DNA of 64,000 bases. Source: Blastocladiella emersonii ATCC 22665. Its lineage: Eukaryota > Fungi > Blastocladiomycota. The notes under the pieces were generated by a model, which saw only the letters and a program-made list of their open reading frames with translations, did not search any database and had not been told where the DNA came from. Positions 27,496-39,884 of this stretch are shown here, piece after piece (positions within the stretch are counted from its first letter, which is position 1; every line of letters starts with the position of its first letter). The translations under genes were made by a program, and so were the position numbers. The DNA lies in NCBI GenBank assembly GCA_025594325.1, contig JANHCV010000001.1, positions 1,736,001-1,800,000 of the forward strand, read 5' to 3'.

Positions 27496-30400
27496 CTACG
27501 CCTGCTGCATCTTGCGCTGCTTCTCGTCCCAGCTCTCGCGCGCGAGGTCCCACAGCTGTCGCGCGCCGTCCTCGCCCGTGTCGGCGACCATCTTGTGGAA
27601 CAGGCCGTCGCGCCTCTGGAGCAGCTCGTACGCGTGGCCAATCTCGACGATGCGTCCCGCGTCAATGACGGCGCACCGGTCGTACCCGACGATGGTGCTG
27701 AGCCGGTGCGCGACCGTGAGGATCAGCGTGTCCTCGAACTCGGTCTTGAGCACGTTCTGGATGAGCTGGTCGGACCGGTAGTCGATGTTGGCGCTGGCCT
27801 CGTCGCACACGAGGACGCGCGCGCGCTTGAGCAGCGACCGCGCGAGGCACAGGAGCTGGCGCTCGCCCGTCGAGAAGTTGCTGCCGCCGTCGATCACGGG
27901 CGCGTCGAGCTTGCCGTCGAGCCGCTCGACCGCCTCCTTGAGCCCGACGCGCCCGAGCGCGCGCCACAGCTCCGCGTCCGAGTACTCGCCGAACGGGCTG
28001 AGGTTCATGCGCAGCGGGCCCGAGAACAGGAAGGGTTCCTGCGGGATCACCGCGAGCCGCTTGCGCAACTCCTCGAGCGCCAGCGTGCTCGTGTCGATGC
28101 CGTCGAGGAGCATGGCGCCCTCGTAGTCGTACATGCGGAACAGCGCCTGCAGCGCCGACGACTTTCCTGCGCCAGTACTACAGAGCACACGAAGAAGAAA
28201 ATCAGTACTGCGTCGCCCAGCGAATCCAAGAGTGAGAGAACGTACCGTCCAACGATCCCAATCTTCTCGCCCGACTTGAACTCAACGTTCCAGCTCTTGA
28301 GCACCTTCTTGTCCGTGCCCGGGTACGTGAGCGACATGTCGCGGATGACGAGGTTGCCGGACGTGGGCCAGTCGGCCGGCGGGACCGCGCGGGACGGGTG
28401 GTCGCGCTCGCCGGGGATGTCGAGGTACTCGAGCATGCGCTCGACGGCGACGAACATGACCTCGCACTCGACCGACTGGCGGACCATCCACTGGAGCAGC
28501 CCGTTGAGCTGCAGCGTGTACGACAGCGCGAGGCCGGCGAGCGACGGCGACAGGGTACCCGAGATAGCGATAGCCTGCGCGGCGAACGCGGCGATGGCGA
28601 GGAACGCCGACGAGATGAGGTCGAGGCGGAGACCGAGCCAGCGCGCGCACGCCGCCTGCGCGAATACGGCGCGCGTGTTGGTGTCCTGGTACTCGGCGAA
28701 GCGCGCGACGAACAGCGGCTGCGCCTGCAGCGCGCGGATGACGGGGAGACCCTCGAGCGACGTCGACAGGAGCGAGTAGACGGGCGAGCGCGTCGTGGAC
28801 TCGATGCGCTTGATGCGGCGGGACGCCTGGATGTACCAGCGGCGCAGGAGGAAGAAGCCGGCGCCGAGAATCGGGACCGAGATGGCGACCCACGGCAACA
28901 CCATCACGACGACCACTACGACGCCGATGGACTGGAACAGGCACTGCATGAAGTTGAAGAAGACGCTCGGCAGCTGCTCGTCGATGGTCGACTGGTCCTT
29001 GGAGAAACGGTTGAGGATACTGGATACGAAGCGGAGTGATCGTGGTCAGTGCGACTCTTGGGAGATACGAGAGTGAGAGTGTGAGAAACATACCGTCCGA
29101 CCGGGTTCTTGGTGAACCACGCCATGGGCGCGTCGAGGACCGTCGAGACCATGGACTGCGAGACCGTGTTGGACGAGTTGAGGATCAAAAAGTAGACGAG
29201 GATGGCGCGCGCGATGCCGACGAACACGGCGCCCGCAATCAGCGAGCAGAACAGGATCATGTAGTAGCTGTCCTCGAGCTGCACGTTGGCCGGCTTGCCG
29301 ACCCACCGCGCGAGCGTCCAGTCCGACGACACGGCGAGGGCCTGGCCGCCGAACATGCTGACGAAGACGGTGATGAGCAGGATGAGCGGCGTCGGCGCGA
29401 TCAGGAACCGCGTGAACGTGCTCCACCGGACGGTGCCGACCTGCGACGTCTCCTGGTTGTCCTGCGCGGCGCGCGCGGCGCCGCGGCGGTCGCCCTTGAG
29501 GTCGACGGCCTCCTCGGACGTGCCTGGCGCAGGCTTCTTGGCGGCATTTGGATCGACGTCGTCCTCGTGCTCCACGTCCATGTCGGCGGCCTGGCCGTCC
29601 TCGTACTGCGCGAGGACCGCGAGGAACGACTTGTTGGCGACCTCGGCGCCCTCGGCCTCGGCGACGCGGTGGTGGTGCGCCATGACGTCGTCCCAGGTGC
29701 CCTGCGCCGCGATCCTGCCGCCCTCGAGGCACACGAGGCGGCCGGGCGACGCGCGGAGGAACTGGAGCTGGTGCGTGACGAGGATGCGGGTCGTGTTCTG
29801 CAGCGCGGGCGCGTGCAGGATCGCCTCGAAGATGGCCTTCCCGACTCGGGTGTCCAGGGCTCCTAGCGGATCGTCGAGAATCAGCGTCGAGGGTTTGCTG
29901 CTGTCGCGCGGGTTGGGTCCGAGCGCGTAGACGGCGCGCGCGAGCCCGATGCGCGCGCGCTGGCCGCCCGAGATGGTCGCCTTGTCCGAGATGACCGTGG
30001 CGAGCCCGTGCGGCCACTGCAGCAGGTCGCGCTCGAGCGAGCAGATGGCGATGACCTGGCGCAGCCACGGCTCGTCGAGCGGCGACGAGAACAGGATGTT
30101 GTCGAGGACGGTGCCGGCGAGGATCCACGGCGTCTGCGGCGCGTACGCCATGCGCCGGTTCGCCGGGTCGACGTACAGCGACGACGCTGGCGACACGCGC
30201 GGCATCTCGTTGAGCAGCGCCTGGGCCAAACTGGACTTGCCCGAACCGACAGGCCCGACGATGGTCGTCAGCTCGCCCTTGCGGATGGCGAGGTCGTCGA
30301 TGCATAGCTTGAAGCCCTCCCACGCGTACTCGGCATTCGTGAAGCGGATGGCCGTGGACGAGTCGGTGCCCGCGGGCGGCGCGGCGCCCTCGGCCCCAAT

Positions 30401-31939
30401 CAGGTCGGCGCCCGACTCGGGCTCGAGGAGGAACTCGGAGACGCGGCGCAGCGAGACCAGGGACTCGGTGGCGGACTTGATGGCCTTGGGCACGAACATG
30501 GTGACGGTGAGGCGCAGGATGTTGAAGAGCGACACGGACGAGAAGACGTCGGCGGGGTTGAGCGGCTTGCCGACGCCGACGCTCGACGCGTACGTGACGA
30601 GCGAGACGAGGAGCGGGAACGCAAAAAAACTGGCCTCGTTGAGCGCGTCCATGAAGCCGGAGCGCGTCAGGTACTTCATCTCGGCCTTGCGGAGGCGCGA
30701 GACCTCGGCGACAAACGGCGTGAGCCACGCGTTGAACTTGACGACGTTGATGCCGCTGATCAGGTCGGACATGAGGCGGATACGCGAGTCGCGCCAGACG
30801 ACGGTCGCCTTGCGGAACTGATGGAAGAGGTTGCCGAAGACGCCCTGCATGGGCAGCATGAGGCCAATGACGGCGATGCCGAGGAGCGACGGCCACGACA
30901 GGTTCATGTAGAGCAGGACGGCGCACACAGGGACCTCGATGATGGCGACCCAGATGAAGTGGCCGAACAGCGCGAGCTGCTCGAAGGTGGCCACGTCGTT
31001 GGAGACGAGGTTGACGACGATACCGGGCGACGCGGCGCCGGCGGCGAGCGAGATGGCCTTGCGGTACATGATGGACGTGAGCGAGATGCGCAGCTGGAAG
31101 CCGAGGCGCATGCCGACGAAGAAGAACCAGTGGTGGAGCATGCCGTGGAACGCCGTCGCAAGCGACAGGGCAAGGGCCCACCAGTAGCCGTCGCTCGAGG
31201 GCCCGACACCCTTGGTCTGAAAGCCGCGGATCATCTCACCCTATACGAAGAATTCAATGGTTAGCGGGCGAAGATCAGAGTCGGATCAGAGGGGCGCTCG
31301 TACCAGAAAGATGGCCTCGCCGAGCTTGGCAAAGATCTCGATGAAGGCGAACAGGCCCGAGAGCAGGATCTGCGACTTGAAGGTGCGGAACAGGGCGCGC
31401 GCGAGGCTCGGCTCACCCGCAGGCCCAGCACGGGCGACCTCGTCCTGCCACGCCTCGGTGAGCTTCTGGGACAGGAACTCGGACTGGTCCCACGCCGAGA
31501 GGTCGTCGAGCGTGTGCTCCTCGATGGACTCGCGCTGGTCGATGATGGGCGACACCCACAGGAAGAAGGCGCGGCTCCACCACCCGGCCGACTCGAGCGA
31601 GGGCGGCGGCGGGCGCGGGAGCTCGGGCGCCTCGACGTAGCTGTCGTCGTCGTCGCTGACGCCCGCATCGTCGTGGGCGCCGGGGCCGTCGGGGTGCTTG
31701 GCAATGGACCGGCGCGAGCCGATGGAGGAGCCCTTACGGCTGCGGCGGTCCGCTGGCGGGTGCAGGCCGACGAGCTCAATGTCCTCGGCGTGCTCCAGCA
31801 GGCTGCGCGCGGGCGTCGAGCCGTTCATGGTGGCCGAGCCGTCGCTGGCGGGGTCCGCCGCCGCCGCGGACGTGGTGGTCACGACGGGGACGGCGGCATA
31901 CCCCGTCGGGGAGTGCGAGGGGCGTGGAGAGCCCGTCAT
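27496..31939 (-). CDS. ABCC/MRP-type ABC transporter (TMD-NBD-TMD-NBD)
   Basis: GPVGSGKSS, ISGGQRARIGLARA, LDDPLGALD; GR|TGAGKSS, FSTGERQLLCLAR, VCDEASANID; multi-exon. Confidence 0.95.
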
Positions 31940-32431
31940 GCCGGGAGTGGTTGATACAGAGCAGGAAGGCGGCCGTTGATGATGCGTGGAGAGAGAGAAT
32001 TGCGCGGGGGGGGCAGGCTCGAGATGTGTTGTGAGGGGAAGGGGAGGGCCGTGTCGTTGCTGACTCGAACGGAGACGCGGGGAAGGGTTTCAGGTCGATC
32101 GATTTAGCGAGTTGAGCCTGAATGCGGAGGATGAAGCGACGAAGAGGAGGGAAGGGACGATGGCAGGGTCGCGAGCCGACGGGACGCGGGTGAAGCTGCG
32201 GCAGGCGGATCGGCAGGGCGTGGCCATGGTCGCTGCTGCCGCGCTGACTTCGTCAAGATCGATCGGGCACACGCTGACGCAGCAAATCACATGATTGTGC
32301 AACGCGTCTCGCACCGAGCTTCTCACGCATCTCGACCGGCCACGGTGTAGATACTGAGAGGGTAGGTATATTGGTATCAAGGCGTCCGCGCACAATCCTG
32401 CGCGACACCGACCGGCAACTCACTCATTCAT

Positions 32432-33193
32432 CTAGTTCTTCTTGCCGCCCGTGACCTTGGCCGACATGGACATGCCGAGGCCCGAGAAGGAGAACTGGAG
32501 GGGCCCGTTGTTGGCGATGCCGCCCGTGTTGGAGTTCTCGAAGACGAGCTCGAGCGTGTCGGCGCTGTCGTGGCTGTCCTTGTTGGCGTCGATGCCGCTG
32601 TTGCCGTTCGGGTTGGTCGTGGGCGTCGCGACGGGCGTTGTCGACGACGAGGTGGCCGAGGCGGGGCGGACAATAGACGCGGCAGTCGACGTGGTGGCGG
32701 GGCGCGAGGTGGTGGTGCTCGAGGCGACGACGGCCGCGACCGTCGGCTCGAAGGTGGTCGGGTCGAGGACGATGGGCACGTCGTCCACCGCGTCTAGCGT
32801 CGACGTGGCGGTGGTAGCGTCAGTGGCCGTCGTCGTCGAGGCGGTGAGGGTCGGGTCGGGCGTTGGCGTGAAGGTGAAGAGGAGCGTGCTGTCGAGCGCG
32901 TAGGTATTACCAGAGGCAGCCGTCGCAGTCGACGTGAGGGTGGCGTGGCCCGTGGTCGGATCGACGTCGTTGACCACGTCCTCGATCACGTCGCGCACGC
33001 CGTCGATGAGCGTGAACAGGTCGCCGGTGCCGCCGGCGGCGTGGATGCGGTCGGCGGGCGGGACCACGTAGGCGACGGGATCCGGGTTGGCATGCGCGAC
33101 GGGCTCCGGGTCGGCCTTGGCCGTGGCGACCGCGGCCGAGCAGGCGAGGAGCGCGACGACGGCGAGGAGCGTGAGGTGGAGCTTGCGGGCCAT
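32432..33193 (-). CDS. secreted Thr/Ser-rich protein
   Basis: Signal peptide MARKLHLTLLAVVALLACSAAVA, DPEPVA/NPDPVA propeptide-like repeats, Thr-rich stalk; intronless. Confidence 0.75.
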   Translation of the reverse strand: MARKLHLTLLAVVALLACSAAVATAKADPEPVAHANPDPVAYVVPPADRIHAAGGTGDLFTLIDGVRDVIEDVVNDVDPTTGHATLTSTATAASGNTYALDSTLLFTFTPTPDPTLTASTTTATDATTATSTLDAVDDVPIVLDPTTFEPTVAAVVASSTTTSRPATTSTAASIVRPASATSSSTTPVATPTTNPNGNSGIDANKDSHDSADTLELVFENSNTGGIANNGPLQFSFSGLGMSMSAKVTGGKKN

Positions 33194-33905
33194 CTTGGAG
33201 TCGGTGGTGTTACGGAGCAGTGATGCGTGTGTGTCCGTTGGGGAGGGGAGAGAGAGTGAACCGATTCTTGCGAGCAGTTGGGGACGGGCGGGGGGCGTGT
33301 CGCGTCGTGCGTGCGCGGGCGGGCACTGTCAAATGCGATCCTTCCCGTTCAGCAAACAAGGCCGGCACATGTCTCCCCGCCTCCGCGACCGACTGCGGCA
33401 ACTGGCGCGGGGAGGGCGACGTCGCGTGCGTGCGGGGAGAGTCACGTTGGCTGTAAGACACGGCGGGACACGGCGGGTGCGAGGCGCAGCGCGAGACACG
33501 GTGCGAGACATCACGTGGCATGCGTCAACAGCGGCGATCCCTCGGCTCGGGTGATCGCGGAGCATATGAAGTCGCTGCGAACGCGCTACTCCGCTCGTCT
33601 CCTGAGGAGGCTCTTGACCCCCAAAACCACGGCCCTCGCCGCTATCTTCACCACTACCTGCAACGCATCAACCACACGCCCGTGTCGCACACGCCCGGGG
33701 AGACCCTCGCCCTTTGATCCCGCCTCCGCCTTCCCTGCCGGCTCCTCCGCTCCTCGACGCGAGGGAGACCCGCCGCCGTCCCCGCCGCGCCTCCCGCCCT
33801 CTCTTTCTCCGTGCCGCCCCTGGCGTCGCTCGAGACGCCCACAAAGACCGACTCCTGCCTCGCGCTCCCGCCGCCGCCGTCCTCGACGCCGTTGCCCGTG
33901 TCGAC

Positions 33906-36900
33906 ATGACGGTCCCGCACCCGCACTCGCCGCTGCCTTTGCCGCCAGACCACGCTGCCGCCTTTGCCGCGTGCTCGGCCGCTGCCGCCGCCGCTGCTGA
34001 CTTTCACGCCAATGGCCGCGCCGCGTCTTTGGCAAAGGGCGCTACCCCTTCCTCACACGACCTCGACGCTGTCGCTGACGGCAACGGCGACGCGCCGCTG
34101 GTGCCCCCCTCGGCCGCCGCCCCCTCCTCCGGTCCGCACTCTGCTGCCGCCGCCGCGACCGCGTCTGCGCCCTCTGCCAAGCTGCAGAAGCACCGTGCCG
34201 TCCGCCCGCTATACCCTCCCGCGTGGATCGAGAGCTGGGCCTACACCGACTCCGACTCGCGCTCGGCATCTTCCTCCAGCTTGCGCCTCGACGCTGGCAG
34301 CCCGTACGTCGCATGCCTCGACCGCGGGAAGATCGTGCACGGGGTGAGCGCCTCCTGACCGACCGACCGAATTCAACGCGTCTTTCATCCATCCGTGTAG
34401 CCGCACGCGGTCTCTGCCCGACTTCTCGTCCATCAAGCACCCGTCCCACCCCGCCGCCATGGCGCCGCCACCCCCGCCGCCCACGGCCCTCGACCCGGCC
34501 TCGGCCGCCGACGAGGGACTGACCTTCCGCGCCAAGCAGCGCCCCGTCGCCGCCTCGGGCGACACCGTCTCCGCCTCGGCCTCGGTCGCCACGCCCGTCG
34601 CGGCCAACGCCGCCTCCTCGGGCGAGCACCCGTCCATCTGGTCGGGCTTCTACAAGAAGGCCCTCAAGGAGCGCCAGAGCCAGCTGCGCCTCGCCTTCCC
34701 GCACCTGTTCCCGTCCGTGTCCAATGGCGCGGCCAGCGGTGCCGACAAGACGACGCGGTCGGGCTCGTCGACGCCGACGGGCGCCGAGTCGCCCAGCCTG
34801 CTCATGTCGGGCGACTCCAAGACGCTGCGTATGGCCGCCATCAACGGGAACGCGTCGCTCAACTCGTCGCTCAACGCCTCGGTCGTGTCCAACGACTCGA
34901 GCGCCGGCATCTCGTCGACGGCGCTCAACGGCGTCGCCGACGACTTCCAGATCCGCGGCCTCGACGAGCGCATCGCCGACAACATGGTCGAGAACTGCAT
35001 CGGCACCATGGGCCTGCCCGTCGGCCTCGCCCTCAACTTTGTCATTGACGGCACCCCGACCGTCGTGCCCATGGCCGTCGAGGAGCCCTCGGTCGTCGCC
35101 GCCGTCTCGGGCGCCGCCAAGATCCTCAGCTCGACCGACGGCATCGGGTTCCGCACCTCGACGCCCGCCCGAAACATCATCACCGCGCAGATCCTGCTCC
35201 TCGACATCCCCGACGCGCACCTCGACGACGTCCAGCACCGCATCGAGGCCAAGCGCGCCGACATTGTCCAGTTCGCCAACACCTTCTGCTCGTCCATGTA
35301 CAAGCGCGGCGGGGGTGTCGTCGACATTGCCGTGCGCCGCGTCGCGCGCCAGGACGCGCCGCTCAACGCCGCCGACGCGACGGCCGCGTTCCTGCAGTCG
35401 GCGGCGGCCGGTTCCGCTGAGCGCTCTTCGCACTGGCTCGTGGTGCACCTGCACATTGACGTGCGCGACGCCATGGGCGCCAACTGCGCGTCGACGGTAG
35501 CCGAGGGCACGTCTCCAATGCTGGCGGACCTAGCGCGCGCTCGCGTCGGGATCCGCATCGTGTCGAACCTCAACCCGGCACGCCTGTCGCGCGCCACGTT
35601 CCGCGTGCCCGTGACCACGCTCGCGTACAAGGGGTTCACGGGCGCGCAGGTCGCGGCGCGGCTCCTCGAGGCGTACGCGTGGGCGCGCGACGACCCGTAC
35701 CGCGCCACCACCCACAACAAGGGCATCATGAACGGGATCGACGCCGTCGCCGTCGCCACGGGCCAGGACTGGCGCGCCGTCGAGGCCGCGTGCCACTCGT
35801 GGGCCGCCGGCAGCGGCCGCGAGGCCGTGCGCGACCCGCGGCCCAACGGGTACTCGTCGCTGACGCGGTACTGGGTCGAGCGCGGCGCGGGGGACGACGA
35901 GTGGTTCTTCTGCGGCGAGCTCGCGCTGCCGATCATCGTCGGGACCCGCGGCGGCGTGCTCGCGACCGCGCCCGTGTACCAGTACACGCTCGGCATGATG
36001 GGGTTCCCGGACTCGAAGCGGCTCGCCGCCGTGATGTGCTGCGTCGGGCTCGCGCAGAACTTTGCGGCGCTGCGCGCGCTCGCGACCGAGGGCATCCAGC
36101 GCGGCCACATGCACCTGCACGCGCGCAACATTGCGATCGCGGCGGGCGCGCCGACGCACGCGATTGCCGAGGTGACGGCGTGGATGATCGAGAAGGGCCG
36201 CATCAACGTCGAGGCGGCCAAGGAGTACGTGACGGCGCACCACCTGTACACGAACCTGCGGCGCAAGCTGTCGTCGCTCGACACGACGCGGTCCGGGTCG
36301 ACGGGCGCGGTCGCGGCGGCCGCGACGACCAAGCCGCCGTCCATGTTCTACTTTGCCGAGGCCAAGGACAAGCCGCTGACGCTCAACATTGCGTTCCAGA
36401 CGCTGGGCGACGCGCCCGTGTTCCTCGACTTCACGGACACGAAGCAGTCGAACCCGATCCATGCGGTGCTGCTCGGCAGCAAGACGTACGAGTGGCTGAT
36501 GCGCATCTTCCCGCTCGTCGACGCGATCCGCGCGCCGGGCGGCGACGACCGCGCCAACAACTCGCTGACCAAGCGGCTCAAGATCATGTCGCTGATCCTC
36601 AACGTGCTGCTGCGCCGCCTCATGCTGTGGTGCCCCGAGGAGACGCGGTCGTTCGTCGAGAAGCTGTTCACGCACACGCGGTCCGTCAAGGGCAGCCCCG
36701 CGCCGTCGACGAGCGCCGCGAGCAAGCGTATCAGCGCTCTCGCCGCGGGTAACGGCTCGACGAGCGGTGATCGCACGTCGTCCAACGGCACCTCGCGCCC
36801 CAAGCGCCCGTCCATCATGCGGTACATCCAGTCGATCCTGCAGCAGTCCAACAAGTGGGCCCAGGACGCGGCGCCGGTGCCGGCAGCTGCCTCCTCGGCG

Positions 36901-38262
36901 GCGGCGCCCGCGGGTACCGCGCGCCCCTCGCCGCTCAACACGTCGCCGACCATGGCGGCCGCGACGAGCCCAACGGCCAACCCCGTGTCGCTCGACCTGA
37001 GCCTCAACGGCATGGAGTGGGCGCTGCCCGACAGCGGCATCTTCCGCACCGACCTGTTCGACGACGAGATGCACCTCGCAGACGACCTTGCCGCAGCAGC
37101 GCCCGAGGCGTCGTCGGGCACGCCGCTCGCGTCGGCCAAACGCGCGGGGACCGAGTCGACCGACTCGCTGGCGACGACGCCGACCAAGCGGCAGATTCTG
37201 CAGGTCGGGTTCCCGCTGGCGCTGGCCATCTGGCAGGTGTTCGAGGTGTGGGTGACGCAGTACGTGGGCGGCGGGTCGCCGAACCTCGCGGCGGCGATCC
37301 TCGACGAGCAGCGCGTCATTGTGTCGTCGCTGGTCGCGACGCACGCCGACGTGGTGCCCGGCAGCCTGCAGGCGACGGCTGACGTCGCGGACCTGGCGAG
37401 CTACCTGGTGATCCCGCCGGTCGCGGACCTCGACCCGCTCGGCTCCGCGGGCGTTGCGGGCGACCTGTTCACGGCGGCGTTCCACGTGCAGGCGAAGCGG
37501 TCGCAGTGCACGCTGTTCCTCCTGATCGACCAGATGACGGCGGACCCGACGTCGGTGACGCCCGCGGCGATCGCGGCGGCCAAGGCGGCCGGGTTCGCGC
37601 TCGAGGCCGAGGCCACGGCGTGCCACGATCTTGCGCGGCTCGTGCGCGACCACCGCGCCGTGTTCGGGCCCGGCGACGAGGTGTCGCCCGACCTCATGGC
37701 GATTCCGGCACTTCGGTCGCCCGACTCGCCGCAACTCCGGTTCCGCCGCCGGTCGTCGATCCCCAAGGTGCCCGGGTCCGACGCGATTGCGGCTGCGGTG
37801 CGTGCCCGCGAGGCTGCTGCGGCTGCTGCCGCTGCGGCGACCGCCGAGCCCGGCAGCGGCGTCGTGTCGTTCCACGAGGACAGCGTCCGCAACAGCGTGC
37901 TGACGTACGCGGTGCTCGACCTGCACCGGCGCCGCGCCGTGGCCGCCGCCGACGTGGACGAGGTCCCGCTGGCGCTCCCGCTCGCGGACATCGAGCAGCT
38001 CGTGCCGGCGTACCTGCGCAGCCTGCGTCTCGAGGAGCAGCGCGCGCGGATCGGCGCGTGGATTGTTGCGGCCGCAGCGTCCCACCACCACCACCACCAC
38101 CACTACCCGTCGCGCAGCACGTCGCCGCACATCCGCGTCAGCGGGACGAGCAGCGTGACGGGTGGAGCGGCGGCCACGCTCGGGCCCGACTTCCTCACGG
38201 CCACGGCCGCGTCGCTCCGCGCCAAGCTCGGCGTCGAGGCCTTCTTCGAGCAGCAGCCGTAG
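33906..38262 (+). CDS. soluble class II (bacterial MvaA-type) HMG-CoA reductase with a long C-terminal extension
   Basis: ENCIGTMGLPVGLA, PMAVEEPSVVAA, DAMGAN, YRATTHNKGIMNGIDAV, LRALATEGIQRGHMHLHARN. Intron 34304-34400 joins the upstream Ala-rich frame. No membrane or sterol-sensing domain seen. Confidence 0.88.
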
Positions 38263-38798
38263 GTCGCCGTCGCCGCAGTCGCCCAGCCCAGCCTGGCGCG
38301 CGGCAGAGTAGCCCGTGTTGTACATACCCTCCCTCCTTTGACTTCATTGCCGTCCTTGCACCTGTCCTGTCCCTCCACCTGCCTCCAGCACATTTGTTGT
38401 TGTTGCCTGATCCGCCACGGTCTCTGCGGCAGCGACGCCACGACGACGGCGCGATGCTGCGCCGCCGCGCGCGAGCCACCGAGCGAGGCGCATGCGGGCC
38501 CATGCGCGGCCGGCATCCCCTCGATCGAGACGACGAGAGCGGCCGAGCAAAATCCTGCGGGGAGGTTCCCAGCGGGACACCACAGGGCGGCGCCGGGCCT
38601 GGTGCCGTGAGGCTTAGCGTGGCCTCCGCTCGCCGCCCCCATGGCCGCCGCGGCTCTCGCTCCCTCTCTCCTCTCGTGCGGCCATAATACCCCGCTTCTG
38701 CAACGTATCACCATCGCCAAGAGTGACGCTGGCTCGTCGCATTCCCATCTGCGCCACGCCGCCGCCGATCCGTTGGACCCTTGACGCCACCCTCAAGA

Positions 38799-39841
38799 AT
38801 GGAGCTCACCACCGGCATCGCATGGGCGCTGACGGTGCTGACCGTGACGAGCCTGGTCGGCACCGCGCTGCTGCACCTGCGCGTGCGCAGCAAGCTGCGG
38901 CGCAAGCTCGCCAAGCTGCGCGGCCAGCACGTCGTGGTGATCGGCGCCAGTTCCGGCACGCACGCCCACGTCGGGTCCCTCGCACGGCGGTCGCTCACCC
39001 AACGTTCCGTGTAGGCGTCGGCGAACAAGTCGCCTACGAGTACGCCCTGCGCGGCGCGCGCCTCGTCGTCTCAGCGCGGCGGGCCGACCGCCTTGCCTCG
39101 GTCCGGGAACGGTGCCTCGAGCTGGGCGCCGCGGACGTGCTGATCGCGCCGTGCGACGTGACGTCCGTATCCTCGCTGCGCGCGCTGCACACGGCCGCCA
39201 CCGACTTCCTGCGCGGCACCGTGCACGCCGTCATCTTCACGGCGGGCGCGCTGACCGTGTGCCCGTTCGACGCGCTCATGGACCCAGACGTGTCGGACAC
39301 CGACGCGGCGGCCGTCATCGACCGCGCCTTCGCCATCAACGCGACGGCGCCGATCCACGCCGCGCGCCTTTTCCTGCCGACGCTGCGCGCAACCGCCGAT
39401 GGGCGGAAACGGTCGAGCGGGCTGTCCGGGAGCGTGACGCGGCCCGCGCTCACGGTCGTGTCGAGCGTCGCGGGCCTGCTGCCCGCGCCCTCGCGCGCCC
39501 TGTACTGCGGCGCCAAGGCCGCGCTGCACGGCTTCTTCGACTCGCTGCGCATCGAGGAGCGGCGGCGTGCCGGCCCGCGCGCCGTGCGGATCCAGCTCGT
39601 GGCCCCCGGCACGATCGCGGGGACCGAGCTCCGCGCGACGGCGGTCGACGGACACCTGTGGCGCGACGGGATGCCGACGGGTACCTCGCGCGGCGCGCTG
39701 TCGACCCAGGACGTCGCCCGCGCAGTGTTCCACCAGACCGAGGACCTCGTCGTGCTCCCGCGATGGTACGAGGGCGCCGTCCTCCTGCGCCATGTCTGGC
39801 CGTCGCTTGTCGATGCCCTCGCTATGAAAAAGTACCAGTAG
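38799..39841 (+). CDS. short-chain dehydrogenase/reductase (DHRS7/11-beta-HSD-like) with an N-terminal anchor
   Basis: VIGASSG|VG cofactor motif, VSS, YCGAK (YxxxK); one intron. Confidence 0.9.
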
Positions 39842-39884
39842 CGGAGGTGGATCAGTCACTGTATACATATATTTTGCATCTCGA

